Shown here piece after piece: positions 16,726 through 25,805 of a stretch of 41,682 nt of DNA. A program made the translations under genes and the position numbers. The stretch spans positions 1-41,682 of the IMG/VR virus record IMGVR_UViG_3300049437_000042; one strand, written 5' to 3'. The stretch's first letter is position 1. The number at the start of each line of letters is the position of its first letter. The notes below the pieces were generated by a model. The model did not search any database. It had not been told where the DNA came from and worked only from the letters and a program-made list of their open reading frames with translations. The DNA comes from a virus.

Positions 16726-17265
16726 ATGAAAGGCTTGGGACGACTGTTCGACGTCGGCATTGCGTGGGCACCGGTCGATCTGGACGGTGCGGACGGCGCG
16801 ACCGGCAAGCGGATCAGCATGGTCGGGTGCAAGGGCATCACGTTCCTGATGGTGTGCGGTACCGGACCGGCCACGTTCTCGCTGGACGTCACACAGCACA
16901 CCGCGTACACCGGCGGCACCACGGCAGATCTGGACCCCACCGGGGCAAGCACGTGTCAGGGCATCACCGAGTACTGGTACAAGTCGGAAGCGGCTCTCGA
17001 CAACGATGAGACGTGGACGCTCGGGACGCAGACCGAGGCCAGTGAGATCACGCTGGACGCCATCGGCACGGTGCAGAAGATCGTGGCGGTGTACATCGAT
17101 GCCACCCAGCTTGCCGACGGGTACACGCACATCTCGGTCAATGCCGTGAGCGCCAACGGCACGGCGCACCTGTCGACCGGGCTGTACATCCGGCATGATC
17201 TGCTGGACCAGCGGGTTCCGAGCTTGCTCGGCAACCTGCTCAACCCCGGGGCGGCCAACGCCTGA
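16726..17265 (+). CDS. Head-module hypothetical protein (possible decoration or accessory)
   Basis: 179 aa with a strong SD (AGAGAGGAG). It sits directly after the capsid gene and before a terminator. Confidence 0.7.
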   Translation: MKGLGRLFDVGIAWAPVDLDGADGATGKRISMVGCKGITFLMVCGTGPATFSLDVTQHTAYTGGTTADLDPTGASTCQGITEYWYKSEAALDNDETWTLGTQTEASEITLDAIGTVQKIVAVYIDATQLADGYTHISVNAVSANGTAHLSTGLYIRHDLLDQRVPSLLGNLLNPGAANA

Positions 17266-17277
17266 TCGGGTGCAAGC

Positions 17278-17312
17278 GCGGGCGGGGGTGGAAGATGCCT
17301 CCGCCCGCTTTC
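17278..17312 (+). terminator. Intrinsic terminator after the capsid block
   Basis: Stem GCGGGCGGGGG / CCTCCGCCCGC (one mismatch) with a 9-nt loop, followed by TTTCC. Confidence 0.6.
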
Positions 17313-17381
17313 CACAACCGGTATCCACTGGCTGTGCACAAAATGTGGACACAACCACACTAAAAGAGTGGAAGTACTCAA

Positions 17382-17594
17382 ATGGCCATGGCAGGGGTAC
17401 GGAGCTACTTCGATTCGTCCGGCAACCTGGTGTTCACCAAGCTGGACGGTACGGCGATCTTCTCGATCAACACGGCCGGGACGATCTCGATCGCAGGGAT
17501 CGAGTACACCTTCCCGACCGACAACGGCGACGCCGGAGAACAGTTGCAGACGGACGGTTCCGGCGTCCTTACGTGGGAAGCGTCGGGGGTCTGA
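17382..17594 (+). CDS. Small fibre-motif protein (hypothetical)
   Basis: 70 aa. YTFPTDNGDAGEQLQTDGSGVLTWE resembles a motif I recall from phage fibre or head-fibre proteins (from memory, not checked). Confidence 0.55.
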   Translation: MAMAGVRSYFDSSGNLVFTKLDGTAIFSINTAGTISIAGIEYTFPTDNGDAGEQLQTDGSGVLTWEASGV

Positions 17595-17595
17595 C

Positions 17596-17772
17596 GTGGC
17601 AGCCCGGAAAGCTAAGGTCGAGCCGGACACGTCGATCATCGATGACGAACTTGAAGCACTGCAACGGGTACTCGATGGATCACCTTTGCAGGCGGGGGAC
17701 ATCCGGAAGGCGGTTCGTCGTCTGTACAACGATGTGCGGTACCTGACCGCTACTGTGGACGGTGCGCCGTGA
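17596..17772 (+). CDS. Hypothetical protein
   Basis: 58 aa from a GTG 1 nt after the previous stop. The rest of the longer ORF 17368..17772 overlaps the previous gene out of frame. Confidence 0.45.
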   Translation: MAARKAKVEPDTSIIDDELEALQRVLDGSPLQAGDIRKAVRRLYNDVRYLTATVDGAP

Positions 17773-18548
17773 CGGCGGTATCCAATGGTCTGGACGGCAA
17801 GCTCAACGCCATGCTGACCACGCTCGGGACCACCAACACGAGTCTGTGGCCCTTCTGGGAGGCCACGGGCACGCTGGTCACGGCCATCGGTCCGGTGGAC
17901 GGGACCAGCAGCAAGACGGCCGCTGCCGCCATCGCACTGGAGACCGAGTTTGCCCCGATCGCGCTGCCCGGCGGGACCCGGTCGTACCACTTCCACCCGA
18001 CGGGTGATCATCACATTGCCGTGGGGGACAACGCAGCGTTCACGTTCGGGGACGGCACGGTGGACTCCCCGGTCTCGTTCGGGGCATGGATCAGGCCCAG
18101 CGCCATCGCGTCCAATACGATCATGGCCAAGTACTCGACCACGGTGCGGGAGTGGCGATTCTGGATCGACGCCGCGGGCAAGCTCAATCTGGAACTCTAC
18201 GATGAGTCGGCCGACACGACTGAGATCGCAACCAGCACCTCGGCTGTGACCAAGGGGCAATGGCAGTTCGCGGTGGCCACGTACGACGGTGGTGAGACAG
18301 ACCCGGTGGTCCGGCTCTATATCAACGGGTCCCTGGTGAACGATGGGACCACGACGGAGACCGGGGCGTACGTGGCCATGGAAGACACTGCGACGCCCCT
18401 GACCATCGGGTGCTCCGGCGTCACGGCCACGCCCGTGAACGAGTTCCACGGCCGGATGGCCCTGCCGTTCATCGCGGGCAAGGAACTGTCGGCCTCCGAG
18501 GTGGCCGGTCTCTACACGCTCACATGTGGAATGGTCGGGATGTTCTGA
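17769..18548 (+). CDS. LamG / concanavalin-A-like lectin domain protein
   Basis: 259 aa. Pattern FTFGDGTVDSPVSFGAWIRP ... EWRFWIDAAGKLNLELYD ... GQWQFAVATYDG ... VRLYINGSLV ... EFHGRMALPFIAGKELSASEV is typical of Laminin_G_3-type domains. Confidence 0.75.
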   Translation: MTAVSNGLDGKLNAMLTTLGTTNTSLWPFWEATGTLVTAIGPVDGTSSKTAAAAIALETEFAPIALPGGTRSYHFHPTGDHHIAVGDNAAFTFGDGTVDSPVSFGAWIRPSAIASNTIMAKYSTTVREWRFWIDAAGKLNLELYDESADTTEIATSTSAVTKGQWQFAVATYDGGETDPVVRLYINGSLVNDGTTTETGAYVAMEDTATPLTIGCSGVTATPVNEFHGRMALPFIAGKELSASEVAGLYTLTCGMVGMF

Positions 18549-18817
18549 TGAAGGTAACAATCGGACGTATTGTCCATTATCGGGGCCGGCTGGGCATGCA
18601 GACCCCGCGGGCTGCCATCGTCACCACCACTACCGAATCACTGTCGCCGGACGCCCCTGCGGCGTACGCGCTGACCTCGGACACGCACGTGCACTTGTGG
18701 GTGTACGGACCGGGACCGTCCGGTGGTTTCACGGAACTGGACGCCCCGTTCAGTGACGCGTCCAACTGGGCCGACCTGCCTCCGGGTCACTGGTGTTGGC
18801 CCCCTCGGGTGTCCTGA
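18548..18817 (+). CDS. Hypothetical protein
   Basis: 89 aa. Its ATG overlaps the previous stop (TGATG). Confidence 0.6.
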   Translation: MKVTIGRIVHYRGRLGMQTPRAAIVTTTTESLSPDAPAAYALTSDTHVHLWVYGPGPSGGFTELDAPFSDASNWADLPPGHWCWPPRVS

Positions 18818-18975
18818 TGTCGTGGGAGCAACTGCAAGCCATCGTGCAGGACAACCGGGAAGAGCTGACCCGGGTCCAGCAAGAGCCGTTGGTCTGCTGC
18901 CCATACGACGGTGAACCGCTGGACACCGTGGGCGGCCTGCAACACTGCCAGTTCTGCGGCCGCCAGTTCGACTGA
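18817..18975 (+). CDS. Small Cys-containing protein (possible Zn-ribbon)
   Basis: 52 aa, MSWEQLQ...CCPYDGEPL...CQFCGRQFD. The start overlaps the previous stop. Confidence 0.5.
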   Translation: MSWEQLQAIVQDNREELTRVQQEPLVCCPYDGEPLDTVGGLQHCQFCGRQFD

Positions 18976-19086
18976 CCGCGCGTACCCTGATCACCAGGGC
19001 CACAACTGAAGATCTCTCCTATCACCTGGACCGGCGGGAGTCTCCCCCGCTCCCGCCGGTCCTAGGCCAGAAAGCAAGGCAGAGGT

Positions 19087-20136
19087 ATGGGAATCCCTTG
19101 GTACACCACGCGGGAGCGGGTCGCTTCCGCCATGTCTGCGGCCAGCACCGCCGTTGTGGCAACAGAGATCGACGACGCCATCGGTGCCGCCACGGACTCG
19201 ATCAACCGGCTGTGCCAGCGTGACGACTTCGCGCCCTGGATCGGCACCCGGTACTTCCCGGAGGGTTCGCCCGGTCGTCGCCGAACTCGTGCGCTCTACT
19301 TCGATCAGTACTCCCTGACTGCGGTACCCACGGCGGTCACGGTGGACGGCACGGCCGTTACCGTCTCGGATCTGATCTTCCTTCCCGTCAACGGGCCGCC
19401 CTTCACGGCCATGGAGCCGGACGAAACCGGGTCGGCGAGCATCCACGGCACCGAACGAGGGTCTGTCGCCGTCACGGGCACGTGGGGGCACTGCACGGAC
19501 GTTCAGGCGACAGCCGGTATCACCGTCGGGGCCGTCAACGCCAGCGTGACTACCCTCGTGGTCGACGGGGCCGCTGCATCCCGGATCGGGGTCGGAACCA
19601 TCTTGACGGCGGGTACCGAACGGCTCACGGTGACCGGGCGGGGGGCGATCACCACGAGCCAGACCGTACAGACCCCGATGACCGCCAGTGCGTCCAACAC
19701 GAGCCTGGCCGTCACCACGGGGTCTGCGTTCGATGTCGGGGAACGCCTGCTCGTGGACACCGAGTTCATGATCGTGGTCGGCATCGGGGGCAACACCCTC
19801 GTGGTCGACCGGGCCATGGACGGGTCGGTGCTGGCCAGCCACACCGGGTCGACGATCTACGCGTACCGGTCCCTGACCGTTGTCCGGGGGGACCGCGGAT
19901 CGACAGCGGCCAGCCACACGGACGGCACGGCGCTCACCCGGTGGGTCCCCCCGCCCGGTATCGGGGCCCTGGCACGGGCGGAGGCGATCAACACGGTGCT
20001 GAGTGAGCCCGCGGGCTACGCCCGGACGGTCGGCAGCGGGGAAGCGATCCGCAACGCGAGCGGAGCGGGTCTGAAGGCGTTGCGGGACCAGGTGCAGGCC
20101 ACCTACGGCCGCATGATGCGGCACCGGGCGGTGTGA
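19087..20136 (+). CDS. Head-to-tail connector/adaptor candidate (hypothetical structural protein)
   Basis: 349-aa ORF with an SD (GGCAGAGG). It lies between the head genes and a gp10-like gene. Function is inferred from position only. Confidence 0.55.
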   Translation: MGIPWYTTRERVASAMSAASTAVVATEIDDAIGAATDSINRLCQRDDFAPWIGTRYFPEGSPGRRRTRALYFDQYSLTAVPTAVTVDGTAVTVSDLIFLPVNGPPFTAMEPDETGSASIHGTERGSVAVTGTWGHCTDVQATAGITVGAVNASVTTLVVDGAAASRIGVGTILTAGTERLTVTGRGAITTSQTVQTPMTASASNTSLAVTTGSAFDVGERLLVDTEFMIVVGIGGNTLVVDRAMDGSVLASHTGSTIYAYRSLTVVRGDRGSTAASHTDGTALTRWVPPPGIGALARAEAINTVLSEPAGYARTVGSGEAIRNASGAGLKALRDQVQATYGRMMRHRAV

Positions 20137-20137
20137 C

Positions 20138-20533
20138 GTGGCGCTCCGCTTCCGGGTTCGCACCCGCGGGCCGCTGTTCAACGGCCGGGCCCTGGTCGCC
20201 GTGGACGCCTTCCTGGACAAGTCCAAGGCCACGATCGCTGACCGGGGAGTCGTGATCGTGCGGGAAGAGCTCGGAAAGGTACTACAGCACCCGACCGGGT
20301 ACTACGAATCGCAGATCGTCTCCGGACAGATGCTGTCCAGTGCGTATGAGGTGAACGACTCCGCCGTGATCTACGGTCCGTGGCTGGCCGGTGTGGGTTC
20401 CCGCAACTACCCGGTGACCCGGTTCAAGGGGTACGCCCACTGGCGCCGTGCGGCCAGCCGTCTTCAGGGGGAGGCGGTAGCCATCGCCGAGCGGGTACTC
20501 CCGCGCTTCCTGCGAAGGATGAACGGATCATGA
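20138..20533 (+). CDS. HK97 gp10-like head-tail joining protein
   Basis: 131 aa. HPTGYYESQI ... YGPWLAGVGSRNYPVTRFKGY resembles the gp10 family pattern. Confidence 0.65.
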   Translation: MALRFRVRTRGPLFNGRALVAVDAFLDKSKATIADRGVVIVREELGKVLQHPTGYYESQIVSGQMLSSAYEVNDSAVIYGPWLAGVGSRNYPVTRFKGYAHWRRAASRLQGEAVAIAERVLPRFLRRMNGS

Positions 20534-20994
20534 CTGGACTCAACACCGCCGCTGTCCTGTCCGCCCTGGTCAGCCACGGACAGTCGCTCGGGGTGTTCGA
20601 TGCGGTGTACCCCGGTGAACCCAAGAGCAAGCCGACGGACAAGGGCCTGCATCTCACGATCTTCTTCAACCGTTGGCAGCAGTGCGCTACCCGCTCCGGG
20701 CTGTCAGTGACGTCCATCGTCGCGGTGTGGAACCTGCGCGTGGGTCTGCCCATGCTGGCTCAGTCGGTGGGCGAGGTGGAGCGCCAGGTGGTGACAGGTA
20801 CGGATCGAGTGGTGGAGAGCTTGAACGGGGATTTCACACTGGGCGGGCTTGTCGCGGGAGTGGACATTTTTGGCATGTCCGGCATCGGGATGTCCGGGCG
20901 GGCGGGGTACCTCAACCACGACGGGACCCTCTTCCGAGTGATCAACACCGAGGTACCTCTGTTGTTCGATGACGTGTGGGAGCAGACGCCATGA
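20530..20994 (+). CDS. Tail terminator/completion candidate
   Basis: 154 aa with ATGA coupling. It lies directly upstream of the tail-tube-like gene. Confidence 0.55.
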   Translation: MTGLNTAAVLSALVSHGQSLGVFDAVYPGEPKSKPTDKGLHLTIFFNRWQQCATRSGLSVTSIVAVWNLRVGLPMLAQSVGEVERQVVTGTDRVVESLNGDFTLGGLVAGVDIFGMSGIGMSGRAGYLNHDGTLFRVINTEVPLLFDDVWEQTP

Positions 20995-21734
20995 CCAAGG
21001 CCACTGGACTTGCAGCCAATCTGTACGTGGGCGGGTACAACGTGAGCGGGTCCACCGCGTCGTTGTCGGACATCGGAGGCGGCCCCAAGCCGATCGTGCA
21101 GACGGACATCACACAGTCCGCGCAGGCACGGGTGGGGGGCGTCCGGGACGGCCGGATCAACGCCGTGGCGTACCTGAACGCGGACACCGACGCGGGACAT
21201 GACGCACTCTCACCTCTGCCGCGTACTGACACCCTGGTGAGCTACCACCACGCTGCCGCTACGGCTGGTAATCCCGTGGCCGTAGCGGTGGCGAAGCAAC
21301 TCGGGTACGACCTGACCAGGGGAGCGGACGGTTCCCTCACCCTGGCAGTCAACACCCTGGCCAACCACTACGGCATGGAGTGGGGGGTTCAGGTCACACC
21401 CGGAGTACGGACGGACACTGCGGGGTCAAACGGTACCTCGATCGACCTGACCACGGTGTCGACGTCGTTCGGGTGGCAGGCACACGTGCACGTGTTCGCG
21501 CTGACCGGGACCAACGTGGTGGTGACGTTGCAGGACTCGGCCAATGACTCGGCCTTCACCAACCTGGCCGGGGGCGCGTTCACCTCGGTCACCTCGGCGC
21601 ACCAGTGGCAACGGTTGGAGGGCGGCCGGACGGACACGGTGCGGCGGTACCTGCGAGCGGTGTCCAGCGGGACGTTCACGTCGGCATCGTTTGCTGTCAT
21701 ATTCACCCGAAATGACACGGCTGTTACGTTCTGA
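20991..21734 (+). CDS. Tail tube-like protein with C-terminal extension (major tail protein candidate 1)
   Basis: 247 aa with ATGA coupling. It shares the segments DITQSAQARVGG and YDLTRGADGSLTLAVNTL with the 22216..22626 product (GDITNMEIATPRG, YALTRGTDGSFTWTVPGVL). Confidence 0.6.
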   Translation: MTKATGLAANLYVGGYNVSGSTASLSDIGGGPKPIVQTDITQSAQARVGGVRDGRINAVAYLNADTDAGHDALSPLPRTDTLVSYHHAAATAGNPVAVAVAKQLGYDLTRGADGSLTLAVNTLANHYGMEWGVQVTPGVRTDTAGSNGTSIDLTTVSTSFGWQAHVHVFALTGTNVVVTLQDSANDSAFTNLAGGAFTSVTSAHQWQRLEGGRTDTVRRYLRAVSSGTFTSASFAVIFTRNDTAVTF

Positions 21735-21744
21735 TCGGAGAGCG

Positions 21745-22206
21745 ATGTTCGCGCAGGGTATCAACCGAATTCCGAGCAAACTCGGTGCTGCTGATCTGGT
21801 CACGTTCCAAATCCGGCAGCCCATCGACACGCACTGGCGCGAGGCTACCTGTCGGGAGGTGGAGTGCTCGGCATGGGCGTACGGGTGGAGCACGTACATC
21901 GACACCACCACACCGATCGGCCGCAACCAGGCCGACTACATCCGGGCCCGGTCCGGGCGGGCGTTCACCGAGGTTACCGGGGAACGTGCTGGCATGATCG
22001 AGTTCATGTTCCCGCAGGGGCAACGGTGCTTTGCCGCCCCTCACCGGATGCCGCTGGACCGGCCGGCTCTGTATGTGGTCCGTGGTGGCGACTGGCGAGG
22101 TAACCCCCGCCGGGTGCCCCTCATCCGGCACGCCGGCCCGGTCGACTGGCGCGACCACTTCGGCGAACATCAGGAGCGGCTTGCCGCTCGTGCACAGCAA
22201 GGGTAG
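21745..22206 (+). CDS. Hypothetical protein inserted between the two tube-like genes
   Basis: 153 aa from an ATG preceded by GGAGAG. Contains CREVECSAWAYGW. Confidence 0.6.
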   Translation: MFAQGINRIPSKLGAADLVTFQIRQPIDTHWREATCREVECSAWAYGWSTYIDTTTPIGRNQADYIRARSGRAFTEVTGERAGMIEFMFPQGQRCFAAPHRMPLDRPALYVVRGGDWRGNPRRVPLIRHAGPVDWRDHFGEHQERLAARAQQG

Positions 22207-22215
22207 GGAGAGATC

Positions 22216-22626
22216 ATGGCAGGCAAAGAGACCGGACTCGGCTGGACCACGTGCTCGGTCGATGACTCGGCGGGCAGCGCACAGGCGATCAAGGGCGACA
22301 TCACCAACATGGAGATCGCGACGCCCCGAGGTGTCCAGGTGGTGACCGGACTGGACGCCTACGCCGAGGAGCGGCTGTTGCTGCTGGCGGACGCGTCGAT
22401 CACGTTCAACGGCACCGCCAACTTCGACGCCAACCGGGCACACGCCGTCTTCAAGACCGTTCCGTCGACCAGCGTCGCCCGGACCGTCACCAACGTGGTC
22501 GCGTCACAGACCCTGGCCATGGAGATGTTGCTGACCGACTACGCCCTGACCCGCGGTACGGACGGCTCGTTCACCTGGACCGTGCCCGGTGTGCTGGCGT
22601 CGGGCCTGGTCCCGACATGGTCATGA
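22216..22626 (+). CDS. Tail tube-like protein (major tail protein candidate 2)
   Basis: 136 aa with an SD (GGGAGAG). It lies immediately upstream of the tail assembly chaperones. Confidence 0.65.
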   Translation: MAGKETGLGWTTCSVDDSAGSAQAIKGDITNMEIATPRGVQVVTGLDAYAEERLLLLADASITFNGTANFDANRAHAVFKTVPSTSVARTVTNVVASQTLAMEMLLTDYALTRGTDGSFTWTVPGVLASGLVPTWS

Positions 22627-23057
22627 CCGGCTACCAGCGTCCCACGCTCCGGTTGGAGTGGCCCGAGGACAGCGAGTTTCACGGACTGGTAGTCCGCATG
22701 ACCCGGATGTCCGTCGGGGAATACCTCGACTCCCCCGTGCTGAATTCCACCGTGCTGCGAATGCTGGCCAGCGATGACCGGGCGTCCATCAACGACCTGG
22801 CGGGACTGATCCGCACGCACACGCTGGAGTGGAACCTGCTCGATCAGGCCGGCGTCCCGGTCGAACTCACCATGAACAGCCTGATCGGTCAAGATCCTCT
22901 TCTGCTGGACGCGATCGCACGGGCCTGGCTGAATGCGAGTACGGGGGTTTCCGCCCCTTTGTCTCCGCCATCGGCAGATGGGGAGCCGTTCCCGGAGGAG
23001 TCTCTGCCGATGGAGATCGCGTTACCGAACCCTGGGAACTCTCCCGGGCCCGAGTGA
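22617..23057 (+). CDS. Tail assembly chaperone (G-like, unshifted product)
   Basis: 146 aa (the ATG at 22623 gives an ATGA coupling as an alternative start). It lies between the tube and tape measure genes. Confidence 0.75.
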   Translation: MVMTGYQRPTLRLEWPEDSEFHGLVVRMTRMSVGEYLDSPVLNSTVLRMLASDDRASINDLAGLIRTHTLEWNLLDQAGVPVELTMNSLIGQDPLLLDAIARAWLNASTGVSAPLSPPSADGEPFPEESLPMEIALPNPGNSPGPE

Positions 23058-23173
23058 TCTTGCAGTTGTGCAGACAGTTTCACTGCCTGCCGTCCGCCCT
23101 GCTGGCGGAGGATTCCGAGTTGATCCAGATGTTGGCGATCGAACACGAGGCAGGGGGACCGGATGACCAATGA
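22617..23173 (+). CDS. Tail assembly chaperone, -1 frameshift (G-T-like) product
   Basis: The -1 frame is open from 22829 to 23173 and ends 11 nt into the tape measure gene. See the slippery site at 22955..22961. Confidence 0.55.
22955..23013 (+). promoter_or_regulatory. Programmed -1 frameshift signal (candidate)
   Basis: The heptamer C_CCT_TTG is in the correct X_XXY_YYZ register with the zero frame (gcC CCT TTG). After a 6-nt spacer comes an 11-bp perfect stem CCATCGGCAGA (22968..22978) / TCTGCCGATGG (23003..23013). Confidence 0.55.
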
Positions 23174-25292
23174 TGTCCGGATCGTCGTCACGTCGGACAA
23201 CCAGGTAGCCAAGGGATTTGCTGCCTCGCTCGCCAGCGTCAAGGCGTTCACGGAGGCGGTCGACCGGGCCGGTAGTGAGGGCGCGGAGGCGGTCGACCGG
23301 ATCGCCGCATCGGTGCAGCGGGCGGGGGGTGACTTCCGCACGCTGACCGGTGAGGTCAAGACGGCCGGCTCGACCGCGCGCCAGGCCGGCCAGGAAGGCG
23401 CCAAGGGCGTCCGGGGCATGCGAGACGAGGTGCAGGACACCACCCGCTCGACCCTGGATCTCACGGCCGCGCTGAAACGGGCGCAAGCCGAGTACGACGA
23501 CATGGTGAAGCGAGCGGCCGCCGCAGGCGGAGGAGACAACGACTCCAACAATGCAGTGAAGAGTGCCCGTGCCAGCCTGAACGCCCTGAAATCGCTGTCC
23601 AAAGAGGCGGAGGAGGTAGGTAAGCGCGCTGGTCAGACGTTCGTGTCTGGCACGCACCAGGCGATTGAAGGGGGCATCGGTGCGCTTCCCCCCGGCGCCA
23701 AGGCTGCCGTAGTAGGGGCCATCGCCCAACTGGCGGTAGCGTCCGCTCCGGTGCTCGGATCAGCGATCAGCGCCGCAGTGCTGTCCGGTATCGGGGGTGG
23801 CGCACTGGCCGCCGGGGTGGCCGCGGCGGTCACTGATCCGGCGGTGTCCGCCTCGTTCACCTTGTTGGGCAACCAGGCCCAAGCGCAGTTCAAGGCCGCG
23901 GGGGCGTCGTTCCGGCAACCGTTGATCGATGCGGCTAAGTCGTTCGCGGACACGCTGAAAGGGCTAGACCTCGGTGGGGTGCTCGCACCGATGGCCGCAG
24001 AGATCAAGCCGTTGTCGGACGGACTGAGCGGCCTGGTACGAAACGCGCTGCCCGGAATCAAGTCGGCCGTTGCTGCTGCCGCTCCCCTGATCGACACGAT
24101 CGCCAACGAACTGCCGGACATCGGGGAAGCCATTGGGTCGTTTGCCCAATCAATGGGGGAGGCTAGCGACGGCGCAAAACGTCTGACGTCGGATGTGCTC
24201 AACTTCGCTGAGCATGCGATTGTGTCTATTGGGAAAGTAATTTCTTGGCTAAGTCAGTGGTACGAATTTAGCCGAGATGTGTCAGACAAACTCGGGGACA
24301 TCCATCCCTTTGTCGGCTGGGTTGAGGACTTGCTCGGGATGAATCGTGAGCTGGAAGGCACCCTCACTCCGCTCAACAACGCCACGGACGCTTCCGGGGC
24401 GTATGCGATGACACAGGAGCAAGCGGCGGCTGCCGCCAAGACAGCCGCCGACGCGTTCAATCAGGAGCGGGACGCGGCCGATTCATTGAGTCAGACGTTC
24501 CGTACCCAATTCGATTCGTCGATCGCACTTGAGCAAGCGATCGACGACATGACCAAGTCGGTGCAGGATCACGGTAAGACCCTAGACATCACTTCGCAGT
24601 CCGGTAGGGACAACGTCCGGGTAGTCGAGAGCGGCATCGACGCCGCTCTCCGAGCGGCCAAGGCTGAGCAGGACCGGGCAGTTGCAGAGGGAGATCTCGC
24701 GGGAGCCACCACCCGATCCAACGCCGTGCGCGATGCGGCGATCGACAAACTACGTCGGCACGCTGCTGAATTGGGTCTCAACAAAGCCGCAGTAGACCGC
24801 CTGATCGATTCTATTCTGGCGCTTCCCACCGGTGAACGCTCCCTGGAATATAAGATCCATGTGGCAACCTACGGGGATGGATCAGGTAACCTGACCGCCG
24901 CCCAACAGAACAACATCAACCGGCTGATTGCCAAGTCCACATTCAGCGAGGGTGGACCGGTGGAGGGTGGATCGGGCATCCGGGATGACGTGAACGCTGC
25001 CCTCATGGGTGGTGAGCACGTACTGACCAAGGCTGAGGTGTCGGCCATGGGTGGTCAGGATGCTGTGACCCGCTGGCGGAAGTCCCTCATGGGCGGGGGG
25101 CAGGGAGCGCCGATGGCCGCAGGGACCGGCAGCGACAAGTTCACCCTTGGCCGTGGTCCGTCGGGGGCTGCCACGTACACGATCGGGTCGGACGGTTCGG
25201 CGGTAGGTGATGCACTCGTGGCCCTGATCGCCAGCACGGTACGCAGCCAGGGTGGAGATCCGGGAGCACTCGGCATCAAGGTCAAGGATTAG
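23163..25292 (+). CDS. Tape measure protein
   Basis: 709 aa, Ala/Gly-rich with hydrophobic central segments. It is the largest gene after the chaperones. Confidence 0.9.
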   Translation: MTNDVRIVVTSDNQVAKGFAASLASVKAFTEAVDRAGSEGAEAVDRIAASVQRAGGDFRTLTGEVKTAGSTARQAGQEGAKGVRGMRDEVQDTTRSTLDLTAALKRAQAEYDDMVKRAAAAGGGDNDSNNAVKSARASLNALKSLSKEAEEVGKRAGQTFVSGTHQAIEGGIGALPPGAKAAVVGAIAQLAVASAPVLGSAISAAVLSGIGGGALAAGVAAAVTDPAVSASFTLLGNQAQAQFKAAGASFRQPLIDAAKSFADTLKGLDLGGVLAPMAAEIKPLSDGLSGLVRNALPGIKSAVAAAAPLIDTIANELPDIGEAIGSFAQSMGEASDGAKRLTSDVLNFAEHAIVSIGKVISWLSQWYEFSRDVSDKLGDIHPFVGWVEDLLGMNRELEGTLTPLNNATDASGAYAMTQEQAAAAAKTAADAFNQERDAADSLSQTFRTQFDSSIALEQAIDDMTKSVQDHGKTLDITSQSGRDNVRVVESGIDAALRAAKAEQDRAVAEGDLAGATTRSNAVRDAAIDKLRRHAAELGLNKAAVDRLIDSILALPTGERSLEYKIHVATYGDGSGNLTAAQQNNINRLIAKSTFSEGGPVEGGSGIRDDVNAALMGGEHVLTKAEVSAMGGQDAVTRWRKSLMGGGQGAPMAAGTGSDKFTLGRGPSGAATYTIGSDGSAVGDALVALIASTVRSQGGDPGALGIKVKD

Positions 25293-25301
25293 GAGTCAGG
25301 C

Positions 25302-25805
25302 ATGCCGCAGTTCAAGGCATTCAACGGACCGATGGTCACCACAGCGGCACAGGCGGCCGTCACGACCGGTACCGCCATCAAGACCATGTTGCAGATCGCC
25401 ACCCCATCCACCTGCCGACTGACCATCATCAGTTGGGGGTTCACCCTGGACTCGAACCCGGCCGGGATCGGCACGGTGGAGCTTCTGCAAACGGACGTGG
25501 CGGCCACCGTGACGGCGCACGTCGCGGCGGGAGTGCAGCCGATCGATCCCGGGTCCCCCGCGTCTCTGATGACGCTGGGCACAAGCGCCACGGGGTACAC
25601 CGGCACGGCGGAAGGCTCCACCACGGCGACCCGCATGTTCGACGTGAAAAAGATCTGCAACGCCAACACCGGGGACTCGGTCACCTACTCCTATCAGTTC
25701 ATGCCCGATGAGCGTCCGACGGTGCCCGTCAGCAAGTTTCTGCGGGTCAGGGCCACGTTCGCCACTGCCTCGAACATGATCGCGTGGGTGGTGTGGGACG
25801 AGTGA
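25302..25805 (+). CDS. Minor tail protein (distal tail protein candidate)
   Basis: 167 aa, directly after the tape measure gene. Function is inferred from position only. Confidence 0.55.
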   Translation: MPQFKAFNGPMVTTAAQAAVTTGTAIKTMLQIATPSTCRLTIISWGFTLDSNPAGIGTVELLQTDVAATVTAHVAAGVQPIDPGSPASLMTLGTSATGYTGTAEGSTTATRMFDVKKICNANTGDSVTYSYQFMPDERPTVPVSKFLRVRATFATASNMIAWVVWDE

